A stretch of DNA of 48,233 nt from Chloroflexota bacterium (GTDB lineage: Bacteria > Chloroflexota > Limnocylindria > Limnocylindrales > CSP1-4): NCBI GenBank assembly GCA_029240655.1, contig JARDZW010000003.1:1-48233 (forward strand). Reading direction: 5' to 3'. Made by a program: the position numbers and the translations under genes. Below, one piece after another: positions 44,690 to 48,233 of the stretch. The notes beneath the pieces are model-generated. The model did no database searches and was not told where the DNA came from. It saw only the letters and a list, made by a program, of their open reading frames with translations. Position 1 is the stretch's first letter; each line of letters starts with the position of its first letter.

Positions 44690-47185
44690 TCAGGGAGCCG
44701 GGCGGAGAGCGACCAGCTGGCCGATGTTGACGCCGCTGGTGGCGGCGAGGGCGACCCGTGTGCCGGTCGCACCGGCTGCGGGCACGAGCTCGTCGGCGCC
44801 GGCGGTCGTGACCTTGTAGGTGTTGGTCGACGGCACGGCCTGGTCGTAGCGCTCGGTCATGCCGGCCGGTGAAGTCTCCGTCGTGAGCTGCGCGATGCCG
44901 AACAGGCCGACGAGCATGCGGCCAGGCCCGGTCGTCGTGATCGATGGCGCGGTGATCGATGTCGAGGAGGCGTTGACCCCGCCGCCGTGGGCGTCGATCG
45001 GACCCGTCGGATCGACGCCGCTGTAGGCGACGATGCCGCCGGTGGCCGACTGGCTGCTCGACAGGATGAACACGTACGACGTCGGCTCCGAGGCCCCGGC
45101 GATGCGCACGAACACGGCCTGACGGATCGTCGAGCCGCTGAGGTCCTGGCGGACGAGGGTCCAGCCCGCGGGCGGCGTGATCGTCGGGCCGCCGCGGCTG
45201 GCGATGGTCGCCAGCATCGCGTCGCCGGCCGCGAGCCCGGCCGGCCGCGGGATGGTGACCGAGGTCGTGGTCGCGTTGGCGGCCGAGCTCGCGCCCCGGA
45301 AGGCGATGCCCGCCGATGGCGGCGGGGCCGCCCCGGTCGTGAACGACCAGGTCACGGGATTGAGTGCGTTGCCCGTGCCGTCGGTGATGCCCGCGGTCAG
45401 GCTGGCGGTGTAGGTCGTGTCGGCCGCGAGGTTCGCGTTCGGGTCGAGCGTGGCCGTCCGCGACGGCCCGTCGTAGGTCACGCTGGCGGCGACCGGGCCG
45501 CCGCTGCTCGCGAGCGTGAAGGTCGTGCCCGACACGCCCGTGACGGGCTCGCTGAACGTGGCCGTCACGTTCGTCCCGACCGCGACATCGGTGGCTAGAT
45601 CGGTCGGGCTGCGGCCGGACACGGTCGGCGCGGTCTCGTCGGGATCTGCCGTGGTGAAGGCCCACTCGAGCGGCGCAAGGTCGTTGCCCGCAACATCCTC
45701 GATCCCGGTGAGCAGGCGCGCCGTGTACGTCGTGCCGGCACTGAGATTCGCGCTCGGGTTCAACGTCGCCGTGCGAGCGGGACCGTCGTAGGTGATCGTG
45801 GCCGCGATCGGCCCGCCATCCGAACTCAGGGTGAATGTCGATCCGCTGACGCCCGTCACGGGCTCGCTGAAGGTGGCGGTCACGTTCGACCCGACGGCCA
45901 CGTCCGTGGCACTCGGCGACGGGCTGCGGCCGGTGACGGTCGGTGCGGTCGTGTCCGACCCGCCACCCCCGAAGATGTCGCCGTGCCAGTAGCGCCTGGT
46001 CGTGTCGTCGAACGCCATGACGATCAGACCGGAGACCGATGTCGCATTCTGCTTGGTGCTCGTCGGGTTGTTCATGTCGTCGCTGCTGGCGTCGTGGATC
46101 ACCGTGGTTCCGACACCGGTCCCGAACCCGATGGACCCACGCGGCGACGTCTTCTCGACGATCGAGCCGCCTGCCCCGCCGCGGGTCATGTAGACCCGGA
46201 AGCGGTCGTTCGCCTCGTCGACGATGAGGATCGGTCGCGTATGGTCCTGCGTCCTGATGCCGACGGGATGGTTGGTCCATGACCCGTCCGTGGCGCGGAC
46301 GAGGAAGACGATCTGCGGGTCGGTGCTGGTCTTGACCACCGCGAACACGCGACCACTTGCGTCTGTCTTGAGGTTGAGGTGATCGTCGGCCACGCCGGAA
46401 CCGGAGAAGGCGGTCTCGGCCGCCGACCAGCTCGTATCCGCCTGCCCGTCCGTGTGGATCGCGAACCGGTCGGCCGACGCGTCCTGGTCGCTCCACATGA
46501 GACCGATCTTGTTGCCACCGAAGGCGATCAGGCTCGAGATGTCATCCCCGTCGACGGTGCCGGCGGCGGTTAGGGCGAAGGGCGTTCCCCATGCCGCATC
46601 GCTCGTCGTGCTGCGGTTGACCCAGATCTGGCCGCCTTGCTCCCACGTCGCCCAGAGCTTGCCCGTACTGTCCTTGTCGATGATGAGCGTCTCGGATCTG
46701 ACCGCGTTGATCGTGGCGGGGAACCCGCTGTCGAGCGTATACGCGTCCGTCGACCCGTCGTAACTGTACCGGTACAGTCGCGACAACCCGGAGCCGTCGC
46801 CCTCGCTGAACGTATGCGAGGCGACATACAACTTCGTCCCGTCCCAGAGGATGTCGGCTCGCGTCGAGCTGCGATCGTCGAGCCTCGTGTTCGTCCGGGA
46901 CCACGTTTCGGTCGAGCGATCGAGCTTCCAGATGTAGAAGTCCGACGTCGCGACGTCCCACATGCTGGCCCACCACGACCCGTCGTTGAACCAGACCTTG
47001 GCCTGGGGCTTGGAGCCGGTCGGCGCGGCGCCGGCGCCCGTGCCGTCGGGGCCCTGGAATCCCACGTCACCCGGATCAGCGCGGGCGGACAGGGGCGCGA
47101 GCAGGACGAGGCTGGCCGCAAGCAGCACCGGGGCCAGGCGCAGGGCGCCTCGAAGCCTCGATCCGGACCCCGGACTCGCGAGCAT
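44690..47185 (-). CDS. large secreted protein: propeller-like domain, two Big_5-like Ig domains, C-terminal beta domain
   Basis: Signal ending ARA; KPQAKVWF..GSWW, ADDHLN, HTRPIL, NNPTSTKQ; two DxTAPTV...V.ATFSEPV...YT...I.D..GN repeats; C-terminal TIPRPAG..AGD...PAGWTLV domain. Confidence 0.85.
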   Translation of the reverse strand: MLASPGSGSRLRGALRLAPVLLAASLVLLAPLSARADPGDVGFQGPDGTGAGAAPTGSKPQAKVWFNDGSWWASMWDVATSDFYIWKLDRSTETWSRTNTRLDDRSSTRADILWDGTKLYVASHTFSEGDGSGLSRLYRYSYDGSTDAYTLDSGFPATINAVRSETLIIDKDSTGKLWATWEQGGQIWVNRSTTSDAAWGTPFALTAAGTVDGDDISSLIAFGGNKIGLMWSDQDASADRFAIHTDGQADTSWSAAETAFSGSGVADDHLNLKTDASGRVFAVVKTSTDPQIVFLVRATDGSWTNHPVGIRTQDHTRPILIVDEANDRFRVYMTRGGAGGSIVEKTSPRGSIGFGTGVGTTVIHDASSDDMNNPTSTKQNATSVSGLIVMAFDDTTRRYWHGDIFGGGGSDTTAPTVTGRSPSPSATDVAVGSNVTATFSEPVTGVSGSTFTLSSDGGPIAATITYDGPARTATLNPSANLSAGTTYTARLLTGIEDVAGNDLAPLEWAFTTADPDETAPTVSGRSPTDLATDVAVGTNVTATFSEPVTGVSGTTFTLASSGGPVAASVTYDGPSRTATLDPNANLAADTTYTASLTAGITDGTGNALNPVTWSFTTGAAPPPSAGIAFRGASSAANATTTSVTIPRPAGLAAGDAMLATIASRGGPTITPPAGWTLVRQDLSGSTIRQAVFVRIAGASEPTSYVFILSSSQSATGGIVAYSGVDPTGPIDAHGGGVNASSTSITAPSITTTGPGRMLVGLFGIAQLTTETSPAGMTERYDQAVPSTNTYKVTTAGADELVPAAGATGTRVALAATSGVNIGQLVALRPAP
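45335..45955 (-). repeat. tandem intragenic duplication of two ~102-aa Ig-like (Big_5) domains
   Basis: Copies at 45955-45650 and 45640-45335 share long identical peptides (ATDVAVG.NVTATFSEPVTGVSG.TFTL, YDGP.RTATL). Confidence 0.88.
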
Positions 47186-47367
47186 GAAGCCTATGACGTC
47201 CGCCGGCCGATCCGAACCGCCTCCAGGGACATTGGCCGCACGGTCCGCGACTCGCCCTGACTCCGCGAGCGGACGGGCGGCTTGAGTCGCGGACGCGCGG
47301 TGATCGCGCGATAGGCTTCAGATGTGGGCACGGTCTCCCCAGTCCCCCTGCTCGTCGAAGACGAGCA
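47185..47367 (-). promoter_or_regulatory. structured 5' leader with nested inverted repeats covering the start codon
   Basis: TGAAGCCTAT (47185-47194)/ATAGGCTTCA (47311-47320); GTCCGCGACTC (47243-47253)/GAGTCGCGGAC (47284-47294); hairpin at 47349-47367. Confidence 0.5.
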
Positions 47368-47542
47368 TGTCTCATCTCTGTGGTCTAGCCCGATGACTCC
47401 GGTGGACCTGGCGGCGTCCAGCGGGTAGCCCAAAGTACCATCCAGAAGCCTTGCTCCGCCAGCGGGTGCCGTCCCGATGGTGCGTCGGCGCACCACTGAA
47501 CGAAATCCGAGCGGCCCCGCACGGCGCGAAGGCAGAGCGGCG

Positions 47543-48232
47543 CTAGGGCGCGAAGACGACCAGCTGGGCGGCACTTACGGAGCTGCCCGAGGCTCGCGCG
47601 GCGAGCGGGCCGATCCGTCCCACGTTGGCCGAGCCAGCCGAGACCTCGAGGGAGATCTTGTAGGTGCCCGCCGTCGAAGCGGCCTCGCCGAGCTCCGTCA
47701 TCCCTGCGGGCGCCGAGATCGACGTCGATCGAGCCGCGGCGAAGAACCCAAGGACGAGGCTCCGGTTCGCGTTGACGTTCGTGGCCGGACTGATGATGTC
47801 CGATGCCTTGGCGTTGACGCGACCAGCGGCCTCCGACAGGCTGCTGCCCGATCCACGGAGTGCAACGATCGCGCCAGACGCTGCCTGGGATGCGCTGAAC
47901 TTCCACGTGTACGAGGCCGGCTCGCTCGATCCGGCGACTCGGGTGTAGGTCGCGAGTGTGGTGATCGTCCCGTTCACCTCGATGCCGACGAGCTTCCAAC
48001 CGCCCGGAGCCTCGATGGTTGGGGATCCGCGAACACCGACCGCGGCGATCAGCTGGTCACCTGGCCTCGCTCCTGCGGGCCGCTCGATCACGACCGAGGT
48101 GGCCGTGCCGTTGGCGCCGACCGAGGTGGACCGGATGTCGACCTTGGCACTATCGACCTTTTGCAGCGTGTCGGTGACCGGGGGCGCCTGCGTGGGCGCC
48201 TCCGTCGGCGCGGGGCTGGCGGTCGGGGCCGG
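47543..48232 (-). CDS. C-terminal part of a secreted protein (5' end outside the window)
   Basis: Open to the window end; Pro/Thr/Ala linker (PAPTASPAPTEAPTQAPP) then a domain paralogous to the C-terminus of 44690-47185 (SVVIERPAG..PGD, APGGWKLV, SEPASY, APAGMTE, TYK). Confidence 0.82.
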   Translation of the reverse strand, partial: PAPTASPAPTEAPTQAPPVTDTLQKVDSAKVDIRSTSVGANGTATSVVIERPAGARPGDQLIAAVGVRGSPTIEAPGGWKLVGIEVNGTITTLATYTRVAGSSEPASYTWKFSASQAASGAIVALRGSGSSLSEAAGRVNAKASDIISPATNVNANRSLVLGFFAAARSTSISAPAGMTELGEAASTAGTYKISLEVSAGSANVGRIGPLAARASGSSVSAAQLVVFAP

Positions 48233-48233
48233 G

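Noticed and set aside
1-48233. CRISPR arrays, tRNA/rRNA, transposases, integrases, prophage genes
   Set aside because: No regularly spaced repeats, RNA gene signatures or mobile-element motifs were recognised by eye.

Overview
High-GC bacterial window. The gene style (leaderless starts, Pro/Ser/Thr-linked secreted proteins, no outer-membrane polysaccharide exporter) suggests a monoderm such as Chloroflexota or Actinomycetota; this is inference. The left ~15.6 kb is housekeeping and metabolic. It holds a leuA(partial)-leuB-cimA operon that continues into an unusual stand-alone LeuA allosteric-domain gene and pheA. Next come a zinc-ribbon-tailed mscL, a DUF853/HerA-like ATPase, a small secreted protein behind a long structured leader, and ppk2. 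An ALDH-LysE-acyl-CoA dehydrogenase-ADP-forming acyl-CoA ligase-crotonase cluster closes this part. The right ~32.5 kb is a large Wzx/Wzy-type extracellular polysaccharide locus: priming glycosyltransferase, flippase, polymerase/ligase, GT2, two GT4s, galE, a Wzc-like protein with a degenerate kinase, and a deacetylase. It carries an unusually dense set of tailoring enzymes: two APH-like phosphotransferases, two thymidylate-kinase-like domains (one fused to a nucleotidyltransferase-like domain), one HprK-like protein and one ATP-grasp ligase. It is flanked by paired secreted proteins: two alginate-lyase-fold proteins with NNW in place of NNH and two proteins sharing an uncharacterised propeller-like domain, plus a kelch lipoprotein and a CBM-bearing protein. 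No rRNA, tRNA, CRISPR array or transposase was recognised. Family assignments come from motifs recognised by eye, not from database searches.
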